From positions 21,680,299 through 21,744,298 of the forward strand of contig NC_134025.1 of NCBI RefSeq assembly GCF_964204645.1: a DNA stretch of 64,000 nucleotides, in the 5' to 3' direction. Shown here one piece after another: positions 48,501 through 63,104 of this stretch; position 1 is the stretch's first letter; each line of letters begins with the position of its first letter. The position numbers and the translations under genes are program-made. The notes below the pieces were generated by a model. That model worked only from the letters and a program-made list of their open reading frames with translations. It ran no database searches and had not been told where the DNA came from. This stretch comes from Tubulanus polymorphus (taxonomy: Eukaryota; Animalia; Nemertea).

Positions 48501-51500
48501 CATTATCCGGGCTTATCTTGACTACGCGGCGCTGGCGCTTTTTAGTTTTAGTGCCGGGTCTTTCATGAAGAATAATCGTGCACAACTTTCCGACAGACGA
48601 GAACGTTGTTGAGTAACACAAAAACCCTACTTATGGTTAATGCGATCCGTTGGGGAAATGCTTCGACGGAACATCAGAACACATTTCACAGGTCGACGTA
48701 GCGAAACGACTGCTTCGCCCGAAGACACCCGTTAAAGCTTTTAGACAGTTAAGGCTTTTAAACGCTGATGGACCAGCTGGCGAAGATGAGGACGCCAGTT
48801 TTTTTTCGAAGCGATGCTTGCCGCGGAATTAATGCATTAATTGCAGCAAACGATGAACCTGATTCGTTTTGATAACCTTTAAAAAACTTCACCACCATCT
48901 GACGGTTGATAAAATCACCGATAATGTTTATTTCCATAAAACAGAGCATATATTCTGAAATTGTGCAGGTATTTTGGTGCAGATAAAAATCCCAGTGAAT
49001 TCTTCTGTTATTTTTTTTCAAATTATTTACGCTGATTTCAACGTTTGATAAATATGATACATCAATTTTTGTCAATCTGAAAAGTCCAATCTAATCGATT
49101 TATCTATATTCTGAACTGTAGCATCGTATCGTCTCGCAGGGAAATTAAATGATAGCGACTGAAAGCCAGAGGCCCGGACTCGAACCCCGCCGAATTGAGC
49201 GTATTACTCTGTTCTGTCTATTGAGCTGGACCGTTTACCGAACATTGGACATGCAAAAAACTATTAGGAAATCAATACATATTTCATATCGTCCCCTGAT
49301 GAAAATCTAATTCTTATACAAAAATAATTCGATTCCTAAAAACTAAAATTTTAATGTATACTACATTTCCGGCTAGGGCAGACACACTGTTCCGATATGT
49401 TCGGATTCGTCATGTCAAATAATACAATTCACTCCTTTTCAAGTCGTCAAGGCTGAAATGGATAATCTTTCTTCATTTCATTTTGTATCGACACTTATAA
49501 AGGCGAATTTCTGCTCTCTACACTGAGGAGACGCGTATATATCTCTATCGGGCCAAAATTTCGACCTCGGTTTCATATATTATAACCGAGCTCGCATCGC
49601 GTTCGCGCGCGCACTATAGCTGATATCTATCGCATTGCAACGATGCAAATTCGATTATTCCGATACAATAGCCGAACTACCGCTGTTTCATCGCTTCCGA
49701 GACCGGACCGCTGCGAATTCTACGTCGAAGATGTTTATTGAATTATGCAAACAAGGGCGGAGTATTGTTGCCAACAATGTGCGCCGATGGACGCCAGTTC
49801 GGAACCGGGGGCACCGAGAAAATTGCATTACTTATACCTTACTTGGCATTATGTCATTTTATATGACTTGTCACTGTGGTTATCAGTCATAAATAACAAT
49901 TGCCTTTTCCTTTTTCGCATCATTTCTTTCCGAGATACGTTCATATACGATACATTTGTGTTTTGATTTTTAGGACGAAGTTACCGAAATGACTAACCTA
50001 ACGTCCGATAAGCGTTAATACTAACGGAAGAAATTAAGAACTCGTTAAAGAAAACGTTAACGAATTTTCAATAAGAAATTCCTATAATCCTTCTATCAGA
50101 ATCGAAATCTCTACATAAATTCAGTCAAGCCTATTGACAGAAGCCTTTCTAGAATTTGGTTTATGGTTTGCTTTTAAATCGACTGATCACGGTGACCGTT
50201 TCGCCAACAACTATTAGAGCCAATGGAAAGACGGATACGACGAGTATCAATATTCTTGATTTTGAAGTAAAAAGTCATGTGCCACCGTTGCAGAAAAACA
50301 AGCCAACGAAACCAGTTACATCGCAGAGTATGCTGAATTTTTATTACAGGGTGGCCATATACCTAGAAATCAGGGGAAAGTCAGGGAATTTTCATTTCTT
50401 AGAAAAGTCAGGGAAAAGTCAGGGATTTTTTTCAGATTGTTAGAACGCTCATAGAATTAAACAGTTTTTATCTAAGTCTTATGTATTTGACTGTGTTAAT
50501 GGATTGGATCAAATAAAAGTAGCCACCTTGTATTAATGTATAGAATCATTTTCTGTCGCGAACTTTTCTATTCATTGTGACAGAAAGATGGATATTTTGA
50601 CAGATTTCCACGATAGTGCAAAAGTGTCAATAGTGCACCTTGCGAAATGCCGGGCTTTCGAAGTCATTGTAAAGGAATTATGTTATATTTGATGTTGTGA
50701 CAAGTGATCGTCAATTTCGACGTGTAATCTGTGAAAGCTATACACGACAAATTCGCCTCAAGTGTTTGCGTTTCAAGTAGATTTCGGGGCTATGAGTAAA
50801 TCTTCGAGTGCGGCTAATCTGAGCAACATTCGAACAAAACCCCGGGCGTTCCTTTGTACGTCGCATCCCACTTAGAGACACCGGGTTAGAAGTGATGCAT
50901 CTGTCGTTATAATTTATCGGCCGGCATCTTCCGTGTTGCATCGACACCCACCCGGTCCCCGGTAGTCACCGGAGAAAACTGTCAAATTCAATCATGGTAT
51001 TTGTTCGTTACAAATATTAGTATTTGTATGAACAAGATAATCTGATTATTTCACAAAATAAAACACATCGTTATACAGCCGAAATTTCTTATTACCAAGT
51101 ATTTTGTATCTTCATTTTACATGGTTTGCTTGTGGTTTGAGTTTCACGAGCCGGACGCTCGTCACCATATTTCAGCTTTCATATACACGTGCGAATTTTG
51201 ACGATTGAAAACCGATTCATTGATCGAAATACCTCGAAATTGAAGATTGGCACCTACCTGTATTCGAGCTTCGTTGAGTTTCGTGACTCTTGCTAATTCT
51301 TCACGACAATATATATCTGGATAGTGGCTTTTGGAGAAAGCGGCTTCCAATTCTTGCAGCTGTTCCTGCGTGAATGTGGTTCGGTGCCGCCGCCGCGCCG
51401 GTGTCGGGCAGGTGGCTGGATTATGAGAGGCTGTTGAACCGTGCGATAAACCGCTTCCTGATTCTGTTTTTAATTTTTTGAACGCACCTTCGGGACCTAA

Positions 51501-54500
51501 AATGAGGATCTCGAGAATTATTACGAATTGACAATGAAACGAAGTGATTTCGTGAACCAACTAAATCCATATTGAATAAAATGCTTTTCGGATTCATTGA
51601 AACACTTTATGCGAATAGCTTTCTTTAGATTATTCAAATCATGATATTATTTTAGTTAGTCTATTTCTTGTATTTGCCTCGGATGCTCGGAATGCACAGA
51701 GAAAATGGTTTGCAAACATCTATACCAAGAAAAAAATTATTGCCGCTTTCTATCCTCTCCACTCCGTAATCTATTCATCTAACGATGGCCCTCATGTAGT
51801 CTCAGGTGGTCTCAAGTATGTGAACATTTTTGACAACCGTTTTTATGGCGCAGTTTTGAGTGTAGGTTTTCCGTGATTCTTTCCATGATCACCAAGATAA
51901 TGTGCGTTCAGGATTTATCGAATACAATATAGAATAGATTTAAGTTTAAAAATTCTAACATATACAGAATTTGAATAAACGCCAAATTCAGGCAAGTTCG
52001 ACAACAGCCACGGCTAACATGGTCGAAGGAAAAAGGATCGTCTCAGACGCAGGGGGTTCTGAAATCGAATCCTCGCATCGTGCACTCACGACACAAACGC
52101 AAAGTAGCCGCAAAGCGGCAGTAACTGGTTTTAGGTTGGCGAACGTTAGCCACGAAGACGAAACCAAACTCGAAACGTCTGCTGAATAATTTACAATCTC
52201 GGTGTCAAGTTGAGAATGAATGTTTTTCATTATGTATTATTACATCGAATTCACGATATTGTTCCTATAATCCTGCATCATCAAAATACTCTTCAGTCAG
52301 AACCTGTTTCTGACTGAGAGGGCAATTTCAATTGACAATACTACATTGTAATACACCAATAGAAATGCTTCATCTCCAGGAGAAAATCTATGGACTCTAA
52401 AACGAAGAGTTTTTAAGTCCCTGGTAACTACATGCTTAACTATTCAATCAAATATGATCAGCTATCACCGCAAATAAATTGATCTATTCCATCGTTTTTC
52501 TTTCTTAATTTCAGAATTATATTGACATTGGCCAAAATAAACGAAGAACATTTTTCAAACTGGAAAATACCCCATATTACATCAAAAAAGAAATCACATA
52601 AATCTATATGGTATAATTTACAGAAACGTTTACGAGGTTATCGTCATTTCGTTCCAATAGATTACATGAAATGGAATAAAGTCGAGCAGTTTAGACTTAT
52701 TTTCACTGGATAATATAGCTTAGAATGATATATCTTAATATGACTTAAAATAGACTTTTATGATAAGAATGACCAGATAAAAGCCCTTTACTTGAGTCGG
52801 GTAGGCACGAGCCCTGGATGTATTGTCGAATTGTGTAACGCCGAACAAATGCAAAAAACCATCCCATTACGATTTATTAACGATTGTGTGATGTACTAAT
52901 TAATTTATGATCGCCCTCGACTCAATTATGGGACCATATGCGATACGCCAACGTCGGATAACGGCAAAGAAAAACATGCTTGACTGGAAATAACCAATTT
53001 CGGTATAATAAGAAATTGTTATTGACGAGAGCGCATCTTTCCGGATCATAATAAGGAGAAGCCCGGGAGCTAAATGATCGAACGCGTAAAAAGAAGGACT
53101 CGGAAAAGTTGTAAACCTAATGTACGAATTCAGGGTTCGTGTCCCGAATTCACCGCGCGTGTTATACCCAGCACTTCGTCGTACGCGCGTTCAATAGAAA
53201 ACTTATTAAATCAATTCTCTCAAAACTGTGGCAGCAATAATAGGTTTATTACGTCACCGACGCGGCGAAAGCGGTCGACAATAATGCGGCTTGTTATTTA
53301 ATTTGCTGTGATGAAGATTGAATTTTGAAAGTTGTGTAAGCCACCGTCGACGCGGAACATACATACCGGGCCGCAACCGTAAATCTGTTTAACACTCTCG
53401 AACACGTAGCAGACAAAACACGCCAGGACCGATTACGAAAATGCTTACGGATACGTTAATTTTGTTTTTCTCACTTTTTTTCTCCGCGACTACATAGGAA
53501 ATACGATAAATGAGTGTCAAAAACGTGAGAGTTAAGCGCGGCGAAACTCATTCAGCGAACAGCGACTCGTAAAATGCGTAAAATGATGTCTAAGGTCATG
53601 GTATCATTGAATAGATAAGACAATGCAGATGTGATAGCCCAACAAAATATTTAATTTGCCATGTAACAAATTGGGTTCTAGCATCAGAATTATGTTCGTC
53701 GTCATATTTATTGGTGGTTGCAAATTTTGTCAGGCAAAATACAAATCTATAGACATTTTCGTCAATTCCCATGTTCGCCAATCTTGAAGAATAATTTTTG
53801 TCATAAGTCCGTATCATCCATTTTGACCCGAACATTTTCCGGTAACTACTGAACAATAGCAAGATACTAATATGTTCCGTAATAGAACCATGTTGATTCA
53901 TAGAAAATCACCTCAATCTCCCTTGAAATGAATTGTATACATTTGCAAAAAAAACAAATAAAACGACATTCAGTGTACATATATGATAAGTATATAACCA
54001 TCGAACCATCGAATTTACATGTAACGCCCATCCCTTTAAATGCTGGCGGATGGATGATCGTTTCTGAGCAAGATAGCTGTATTGCAGCTCCTATAGCCCA
54101 TCACGGAAAGAACAATGTTACATATAAAGGCGGTGCATATGGGTTACATCAAGCACATACAAAGTTGATTCGATAAAATTACCGATTCTTAAATTCAAAT
54201 TCGAATTGGGAGGCCGATGACCAATACCTATTTATAATTTTCGATTTTCCATTTCGCACTCAGACGCTCGGATCTAACCGTTTTAAGATTTTGTCCGAGC
54301 CTTATTTATAATATACGAGACTTCTGATGTCTGAATAACTTGTTATTAGAATTATAGCAAATTAGAGTTAATAAGAAAAATCAATGTATCAGAACTATTG
54401 TTCGTATTTATTGCATATCGAATCCCATTTAGATTCGATTCCAGGGATTTCTGTTTTCTAGATGATGATGAATAATTGTATTCATGAATGTTCCACGTAG

Positions 54501-57500
54501 TTTTCACTGGTTTATAATTCACACTGGAAACATGAATACTTCGCTGTAATACCGTCAACATTTCTCTATTTAACCCGTATTACCGAAAGTCGTCGGCGGT
54601 CGCAGTGATTACCTCGTCACCATTTGGGAGGAAAACTGATACAAATAGGAAGAAAATAGCGGCAAAATTTGCTCTCTCCCGAGAAATCAACCGGACATTG
54701 AAAATATACATCGACTTCATACTCGAGCGTGGTCAGGCTATTCACGACAATGCACGGACACTAGCACTGGGCAATTTTTCGATAATTGACTTATCCGCTA
54801 TACACAACCCGGGCTCTTGACGTGACTAGTTTAAGAATAACGCTATAAGTCGAAGAACGTATCGCAGAAAATGACCACCGAGAGATTCACTTCAGATTCA
54901 CTCGCCGTTCGGTCTGCGGTACACATGTATATAGCCAATTGCAACCGGCAGTTGTTCGCATAATGCCGAATAACCGAACACGCCCAAGCGTTTTGTGATA
55001 AATAATTATTACGGCGCTATTAATTACGATAACATCATAATTATTTAAGGAGCAATGGGCCTGCGCGGCCGCGTTGTCACCGTTTATACCAACACACGCC
55101 ATATGCTCATGGATGGGCTGCGTTATCCCCTTGTGGTTACGGCGAATATGGCGTTGCATACGACCGATTTTGTCCCCCAGTCTAGCCGACTCCATCTGTC
55201 CATTTTTGATCGTGATTGTTCTTCGTTTTAACGAACTTTAATCAATCACGACACTAGATACACTCGCATATAATAAATCTAGGATATCATTATTTTCCGT
55301 ATACCCAGACGCAATATATTGTGTAATCTTCAAAGCCAATGTACGTTTATATATCGTCGCTTTGAAAATTACGTATATTTCTATAATTCGGGAAGAATAT
55401 CAGCAAATATATTGATTGGTTATACGTGAAAAATATACTTACTTTTTTTAAAAGCTTCACAACCAAATGCTAATTTTGCTAAAAAAAATGTCCCAGGGAA
55501 AAAATGTCCCTGGAGAATTGTCCCATTTGTAAAGTAGGAAAAAATGTCCCAGTTTATCATTAATAACTTGGTAATTTATTGAATTTCACATCAAAATAGC
55601 ACCAGAAATCAGTTACGGTAAATATGTTTACGTATTGATGTTTCTAATTCATAATACTCATACATATGACGAAGTGTATGTTTTATGTACACCACTCTAA
55701 AACGCAGTACAAATAAATTGTACCATTATTACCATTATTTATGAATTCCATTGATACTTTTGACCATTTGGTTGTTAGTATTTTGCTTTATATCGTTAGC
55801 ATATTCGTGTTATTGCCATCGAGGTCATCGCTCTTTGGTTATGTATAATACAAAAACTACCGGTAGAAATCTACAAACGATTATGATAAGAAAAAAAAAC
55901 ATTACAAATTTCTTAGCTGCACGGACTTTCTTTTGTTTGAAAATGATTACAGATTAGAGAATTCACGGCAAGGATATCAATGAAAATTTGAAAAATACAA
56001 GAACAACTGAATCTGTGAAAAATAAAGCTCTTGTCGGACGAATAAAATGCGATATATTGTAATAGATTTTCCCTTTCATCGTTTACAAACGTCTTTTATA
56101 TTGAATGATATAGTATTTATCGATATGATCAAGTGAAGCGATATGTAAAATTAGAATCCATATTGCAAAATTGACGAGGGTTGGCATTTTAAAAAAAATC
56201 AACGGAATAAAGTTCCCTGAGAGCATTTGACTTCGACGGATCCAAAGCTTTGAACGTGTCAAAGGGGAAGCCTTTGTTGATACAAGAATACAAAACCGCG
56301 CACGCGGTTTGCCGGCCGCGGCACGTGTGGGCGATTGTGCATCAATTTCACGGACTGTCGCCGCACGATAGAATTTTCAATAAATAATGAAATACCGTTA
56401 GAAGTGTGATTCCGAGACTCTTAAAACCTGTCGCCGTATCATGATATCGAATAAACACGCCAGGTAGAAATGTTAGCTTTTATTTATCTTATACATATTG
56501 ATGGTGACAAATAAACTACTATACTATGTAACATTTCCGCGGCCGAATACCGAAGAATTCAAAGAATACGCACGTAGATATTTAAGTCTAAAATAGTAGA
56601 AAATATATTCATATTCACTAAAGGTCCAGTTGCAATTGCGCTAAAGGAAATGTGAACACGATATCTGGAGGGTTTAACTCTGTAGGTGATAATGATTATA
56701 TCGAAATACAGATTTCATGTTGCTACCGATATTGCATTTATTTCCTCGCGCAAGAATTATTTCAAAGATTATGGCACAGCAAATGAATTTTTGATTCGAC
56801 GCTAAGAGTTATCCGAGGCAATAACGCGCTTACTTTCATCATCATTATCATTATTTTCGCCATCATCATTTTTCGATATAGTATTATTTCTATGCTGTAC
56901 AATGTTGTCGGTGATGTGGGCGAAACGAAATATTCGGCCGCAAGAAATATACTTACACCGCAGAGTAATGTTTGGAATTCCAACTTGAAAATAATGAAAC
57001 ATGCATTTATCAAAATCTGTTCAAAATAAAATTTTACGTACGCTAGTTATTCCTGGTTCTATTACCGAATTCTTCTCTCCTATTGTATTTAGAATCTAAG
57101 AGTAATGATTGTTATTTGTTTTACACGATTTATGAATACAAAATGAATTATTGGAAGGAGCGTATTTTCCTCTCCCCTCTCTCCATCTCTCTATGATTTG
57201 GAATTTAGACAATAGAAAAAGATACAAACAAATAAAATGTGCACCGATTTTTCATTCTAGTCTCAACAGAATTGAGCCATATTTTTGCTAGGTAGCCTAT
57301 TCACCGTATATTTGAATGGTGAATTGGGAGAAAAAACCGTATCAAATACATTCTGCTTGCGTGAATTATCTATTCGCGAAATCTAATATAAAGTTTAGCG
57401 TAAAAGATGACCGATTTCATACTGTCAGAAATATTGTCTGAAATATTGTAATACTGTCGAAAAAATTTCCCGGAAATGTGAGCATGTGATTGAGACCGCT

Positions 57501-58717
57501 GCGTGTGTAGGTCCAATCATTTTCCTTTAAGAAAACTGTGATGCTGTTGATAATGTGCTTACGAATGAATAAGATCGAAGTCATTAATAAAAAAAGCCTA
57601 ACACTTAGATATATATAAAAACCAACGACTATTCGGCGGCCATGTTTTGATAAAAAATCTTTCTTGCCCTATATGATCGTATTCGTTGTCAATTATAGAC
57701 CTGAATAAAAATGAAGATTTAGAACTTATGACAAAGATGTAATTCATTACCGGAAATAGTATTTTTTCAAGAAATGAAAGCATTTAGATAAATGTTATTT
57801 TTTTCAGTTAGAGTTATCATTTTGTTTCCCGACTATCAAAACCATCCAGATCAACAACAAATTCGAAATGAATGACGGCGAACTTACCGAAATCAGGAGG
57901 CGAGAACAACGGATGAAATGGCAACATAGTTCACTTTACGATTAATCCGGTATTCAGTGAAAACAAAAATATCCATAATCCTCCGAAAATATTTTTCTTG
58001 TTGAAAATAGCGCACACAAGTTGCAAATCCAACAAGAAACAGGACGAAGAACGCGGTCCGTGCGCGCTGCTGGCTTCTTTTCAAACCTATGTGATATACC
58101 CGTTGTCAAATTTGATCATATTACCAGCAGTAAATTATATAATTTTAATTAATGAAGTTATCTGGGGCGCCCGCGATGCGGTTACATGAGTTCAGCGGCC
58201 CGCACGGCGTGTTCGGAATGAAAGCCGGATCGGCGCAAATTGATGAAAGGCATAGGCCTATCTATCGGATAAATCAAGTCACTGGTGTCACCTTGTTGCT
58301 CGTTTGAAGAAAGTGAAATGCGGTTTTTTCCGATCGCGCCAATTTTGTCAACTGAAATCTTGCAACTGATGGCTTGTGTGTGTGTGTGTGTGAGTGTGAG
58401 AGCGATTCGCGAATAATCTCGCAAAATAAAATTATCGCGCTAAGTGAATTATTGTCGAGATAAAGTGACTACAATTATTTGTCAAATTGTACATGACGAA
58501 GGCGCATATATGAACTACCGACTGAGGAAATGCGTACGTAAAGAACTTTACAAAAATGAAATACACTAGATATAAAAAAGAGCTTACCCGTCGGGTCTGT
58601 GAGGCTTCTGGGGGCTGAAATGCTGGTATCCATTGGGTATAACGCTGTAAAATCGTCGCATTTACGTTTATGATCAGACGGGTCTCCAGACACAGGCACT
58701 CGCTGTTCCTCTGCCAT
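42590..58717 (-). CDS. Prop: Prop-family paired-like (PRD class, Q50) homeobox transcription factor, similar to Drosophila CG32532/PROP1
   Basis: Exons 58717-58588 (phase 1, less certain), 51496-51258, 43597-43289 or 43241, 42691-42590. Homeodomain [46 protein letters not shown]|[17 protein letters not shown] with the typical PRD-class intron between codons 46 and 47; downstream [12 protein letters not shown] and C-terminal [13 protein letters not shown]...LQYQT* match protostome Prop proteins as I recall them. An AG acceptor at 58723-58724 implies a further upstream exon. Confidence 0.85.
42877..43096. mobile_element. Tc1/mariner-type MITE in the last Prop intron
   Basis: TA-CAGTGGAACC ... 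GGTCCCACTG-TA termini with TA flanks. Confidence 0.6.
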
Positions 58718-59284
58718 CCAAACTGAAAGTTCTTTACTTCTCGATACCTAATTCACAAAGTTGAAAGTATTTGCCCTTAGATTATCACTTCTGAAATTGA
58801 AATGACTAATATCATTTAGGCAAATGTACATTTATACATCTCAGTTGCATCTTGCTATAAGAAATATAACAACCAATCAGCGACAAGCCTAATCTGTTAT
58901 GCCGGAACTGCTCTCTAAGATAATTGAATGAGGCGTGCGCTGATTGGCTGTAAATCATAGTCGACCGATCAGTTCAAGTAAGCAGGGCAGGTTTCTTAGT
59001 GTTGGATAAATTCATTTCCAAATGATCCCATGATACCTTGTCTACGCTTTGTCGGCGACGGGCACGCATTGGAAATCGGAGCATCGCGACTGAATTGGAA
59101 TTACAGATTTAGAATTACTTCTAATTTCAGTAGACCTTAACAGGCGGCCGCAAACGCCTTTCCGTGTGCGTGCGCGTGGTTCTCTTTAAAAAAAACGAGA
59201 TGATACCAGAATGTAAGAACTGCGATTATGTTCACATAAGGCAATACTCAGAAATGTTTTAATGCTGCTAATACGTATTAGTTT

Positions 59285-60001
59285 TCTGTACCATGCCAGG
59301 AGAGGGAGAGATGGCCAATGAATTTTGAAAATTCCACATACCCGCTAAGAGGTTTTTCTATGAAACGTGCCGATATAGATGTAAAATGTTCCCGAGGAAA
59401 TCATTATCGGTATCAGTCGAATTTTCACACTTTGTCAGCGTTGGTCGAAATGTTACTAAGAAACGTGTGTCTTTGAGTGCGTGATACTAATCAATTGAAC
59501 TGATGATAAATCACAAATACGTATATCATTGTAGGATTACCACTTCACTCAATAAAATCTTTAGTCGTGATTTCACTTAACTTCTATAATTGTTCAACTA
59601 CGTCTATATGTATCCTGTCCCATGCCAGGGATGGTCATTAAATTTCGAAAATCCTCTTTCGAAGCACCTCTGATACGATGGATACACCTGAAGCAGGATC
59701 ATATCGCTTGATTTTGTTTCAAGCGATAATGAATGCTACCGAGTATTCATTATCGGTAGTAGTCGAATATTTTGTCAGCGTCGGTCGAACTATTACTAAG
59801 AAAAGTGTGTCTTCATTATCAATTAAACTGTTCAACTGAAGTGATAAATCACACGTGACTATCATCGTTGCCAGTTACGTATTCCCTCACGAAGGGCACC
59901 GAGAACTGACAGTTATTATAAACGAAAAAAATGTGTGGATTACCACTTCACACCATCAAATCTTTCATCTTGATTTCATCGTAATTTCTATAATTGTTCA
60001 A
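59285..60001. repeat. Diverged tandem duplication (units ~59285-59597 and ~59614-60001)
   Basis: Collinear blocks CCATGCCAGG, TCATTATCGGTA..AGTCGAAT, TTTGTCAGCGT.GGTCGAA, TTACTAAGAAA.GTGTGTCTT, GATAAATCACA, GGATTACCACTTCAC and TTCTATAATTGTTCAA each occur twice in the same order. Confidence 0.8.
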
Positions 60002-62218
60002 TTGAACAATCACGCATCAGCGGGTATTGTGAACAAATGTTAGCTACCGTTGCGGATTGGCGAGCCTCATTACACGCGTGTGACCAACGTCCCGCCAACA
60101 TGTACCATATGTCTTATATTTCAGCCTTCAAATGGTTTATATGTCGCTTTGTCGCCTTTGATAACGTCGCATCATAGTTCGCCTTCGAGGCAGAATCTCC
60201 TTGTTGTCCTCTTAAATTAGTTCTTTCCGCCATCCTTCCATTAGTACGCTCGTATAATGGACAGTGGCCGCCGATGCCCCGGTCAATCTGGTCGAACTCT
60301 ACCACGCGACGAGCCCGACTCTCGAGACAGATGGCACTAAATCGCGCACCTGTCTTCGTTTTGGCAGTCAGGTGTTCTAGCGAACGTGATATCGGGGGTA
60401 TAAACGCTACAACCGATAATTATATTTCAACAAAACATACAAATTGCAGGTTTCAGATTTTGTATCGTTGTATTCGATTTCTTCTGCATCATAAAGTATC
60501 GGGCTTCGCGCAGCGACATTTTTCAAACGAAAAGAGACCATCAATACGCATGGAGATTGTAAATGAAGATGGAAGTAATCCTTTCTTAAAATCAGCGATT
60601 GTAAAAAATTGTATATAAACTTTCCACAGTCGGTTTTATATAGTTTTTACTTAATTCGTGGCTTAATTCAATAGCTAGTCAATCGAGCTAAAACTAAAAC
60701 CGGTATTGTCATAAAGGCCTAGTTCGTTATATTTTCCGTCTACAAATTTTTCTAAAGCGATCTAGTATACGCAAATATTGTGCAGTCAGAAATAGAAAAG
60801 AAAGAAATGTCATCTGATTCCCGTTAAAGAACTTCGTCAGCTGTACATTTGTGTCTTGGAGTGTGGGTAATACATATATACGTAAAGCAAATAAGAACAG
60901 TGGCTGACTGTGATGGCACTTTAAAGTTGTGATTCATTGACGAGCAAAGCGTCATTGAAAATGACATTCTGTCGCTTTACCGTTGATCAAAATGCCGCTG
61001 AGTGAGCGAGGCTGCTCTTCGATCGAACCCAGCGTGTGGTATCCCGCCAAAGGAGTCTCGGAGCTTTTCTTTTCCGACATCCCACCGAAAGTGCCAATCG
61101 TAAAATGACAATTAATTACTATGTTTGCGCTTTTCATTCCAAGCCGGGGGTTATTATTAGTTGTGCCACGCGGGTGGAGGCAACAGAGACGTCATTCGTA
61201 ACCCCCCGCCTGCGCACAGCTGACGTACCCCTCGATTCGGTGGCTTCAGCGGTTTCGATTCAAACTCAAACCTATCCCTATGTATATACGTACATGTATA
61301 AACTATGCCCATATGTACATGTACATATATACATTTTAATTTGATTTAATTGCTAACAGGAAGTTAGCAAATATGTATCATGAATCAAAAAATCTGATTT
61401 TGTCATTCTTAGCTTTTTCATCGATCGCTTACATCCGAATTCATTTTAGGTCTGTACATTATTCTTGCTCCGCCCCGTTATAATGTAACAGCACTCAAAA
61501 GATTCAACAGCTCTAGTTTCGCAGAAGTAAATTGCGAAAATTGGTCAATATCGACAGCCTCCCTGTTTTTCAGGCGACTTCTATTTCATTAACATTATGT
61601 AATCGATCTAATATTCATCATTGATTTTGCCATTTTATGTTTTCCTACGTCTGCTTGATAGATCCTTCGATATTGAATTGTGTTTGTAACTGCGGCATAA
61701 AAACGTATGTTGTACCATGGACGTATCATTCGTCCCACGTATCATAGCTATGATTAGTGTAGCCTTTGATATCTTTGTTAGCGGTCAAATCTGTATGCCG
61801 CGAATGCGGCCATATTGTTCGCAAACGTAGGATAATCAAGCATCGGGCTCGCTCGCTTGAACTTTCTAACACCGGCGTTCTTTTTGATTTTAAAGGGCGC
61901 ATGTCGTTCGTCGGTATACGTATGTTCGTGAAAAGTTTTCACCCGCGAGACATGTATGGTCGTTCGTCGAGCAGCAGAAGTGTCTCTAGTAAGTGCTGAA
62001 CGAGCTCACCTGAACGCGATTTGCATACCGACGACGAGGTATGAATATGCAAATCATCCCCAGGTGATACATTGAGAAGAATACAAGCCACGAGCCTAAT
62101 GAGCGTACTTTTGAGGATCGACTAAAAATTCCAATTCCTTGCGGTTTTCTGAAGACATGCGTATATATACATCGCGCATAAGTGAATTATGTTATTATAC
62201 TACCTGGCGACGTAAAAG

Positions 62219-62310
62219 ATATTAACTTTAACCCGGGGGCTAGCTCAATTCATTTTCAATTAAGTTAGCCCCGGGGTTGAAGTTAATACAGCCTATAAAA
62301 CTGGGCCCAG
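62219..62310. mobile_element. Palindromic MITE family D copy 2 (5' truncated)
   Basis: TATTAACTTTAACCCGGGGGCTA...TAGCCCCGGGGTTGAAGTTAATA...CTGGGCCCAG. Confidence 0.6.
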
Positions 62311-62507
62311 TATCACCCTTAACAAGGATTGAGTTGACCCAGGGATGAAGTTGATAGTATGTATAAAAACGGGCACTGAATACTTCGTCACACTCCGTCA
62401 TTAGACTATTAGCTAAATTACAGGTACCGTTATCTGTCCTTTTATCATAAAGGGTTTTGGCAGAAACATCGGGCAGAGTTTCCATAGACAAGTCTGTCTG
62501 ATATCAC

Positions 62508-62642
62508 TAAAGCGAAAAATTCACAATCAGATGGAAAAACTAGGAGAGAATCTGACGTTTCGACTCAATGGCTCGTAGATTTGAGTCGAAACGTCATATT
62601 CTCTCCTAATTTTGTTCATCTTATTGCGGGTTTGTCACTTTA
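62508..62642. mobile_element. Foldback element with the 3' half of a hammerhead motif at its centre
   Basis: Inverted arms ...TAGGAGAGAATCTGACGTTTCGACTCAA / TTGAGTCGAAACGTCATATTCTCTCCTA...; shares GACGTTTCGACT with the 4323-4553 element. Confidence 0.55.
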
Positions 62643-63104
62643 CCGTGCTATTGGAAGTCATAAAAGTCTCGATTCGAAAGAGATCTTGCCGCGAAGACCG
62701 AAAATGTTACGTTATAAAACGACCATCAGGTGTACTACGCGATTGCGTTGAAAATTACTATTTTTCACAATTCCAGAGAGTCTAAGCTCGCATGCACGCG
62801 AATATTCCATCTCATTTCTATCGTATCGCGTACGAAGTGCCGCTAAGGGTTCTCGCCATTCATTCTCCAGTGATTACCCGAAATGGAATTATCACTGACT
62901 ATACCAGGAGTTGCTCTTCTTGGTTTACAAGTTAATTGCCAAATTAATTGAAGGCTTAAGTAAGAACGCCGAACTCCGCCGAGCCTGTAATGGAAATGAA
63001 GATGACGAGCAACATTTCAATTTCCACAGTTTTCTATTAGCTAAATTGGACGACTATTCGTCGCTAATTGTAAGATGCAACTTTAGATACGTCGCATTTG
63101 TCGA

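Noticed and set aside
51258-51496. Homeobox considered as Orthopedia/Aristaless/Phox
   Set aside because: [20 protein letters not shown] and [10 protein letters not shown] fit the Prop family; Otp has RHRTRFTPAQLNELE...YPDIFMREE.
54887-55195. 102 aa minus-strand ORF in the Prop intron, as a possible alternative first exon
   Set aside because: No recognisable homology and no convincing phase-1 donor; more likely GC-rich regulatory sequence.
60114-60305. Minus-strand ORF as a possible upstream Prop exon
   Set aside because: Ends in a stop without a compatible donor; I could not link it to the 58722 acceptor.
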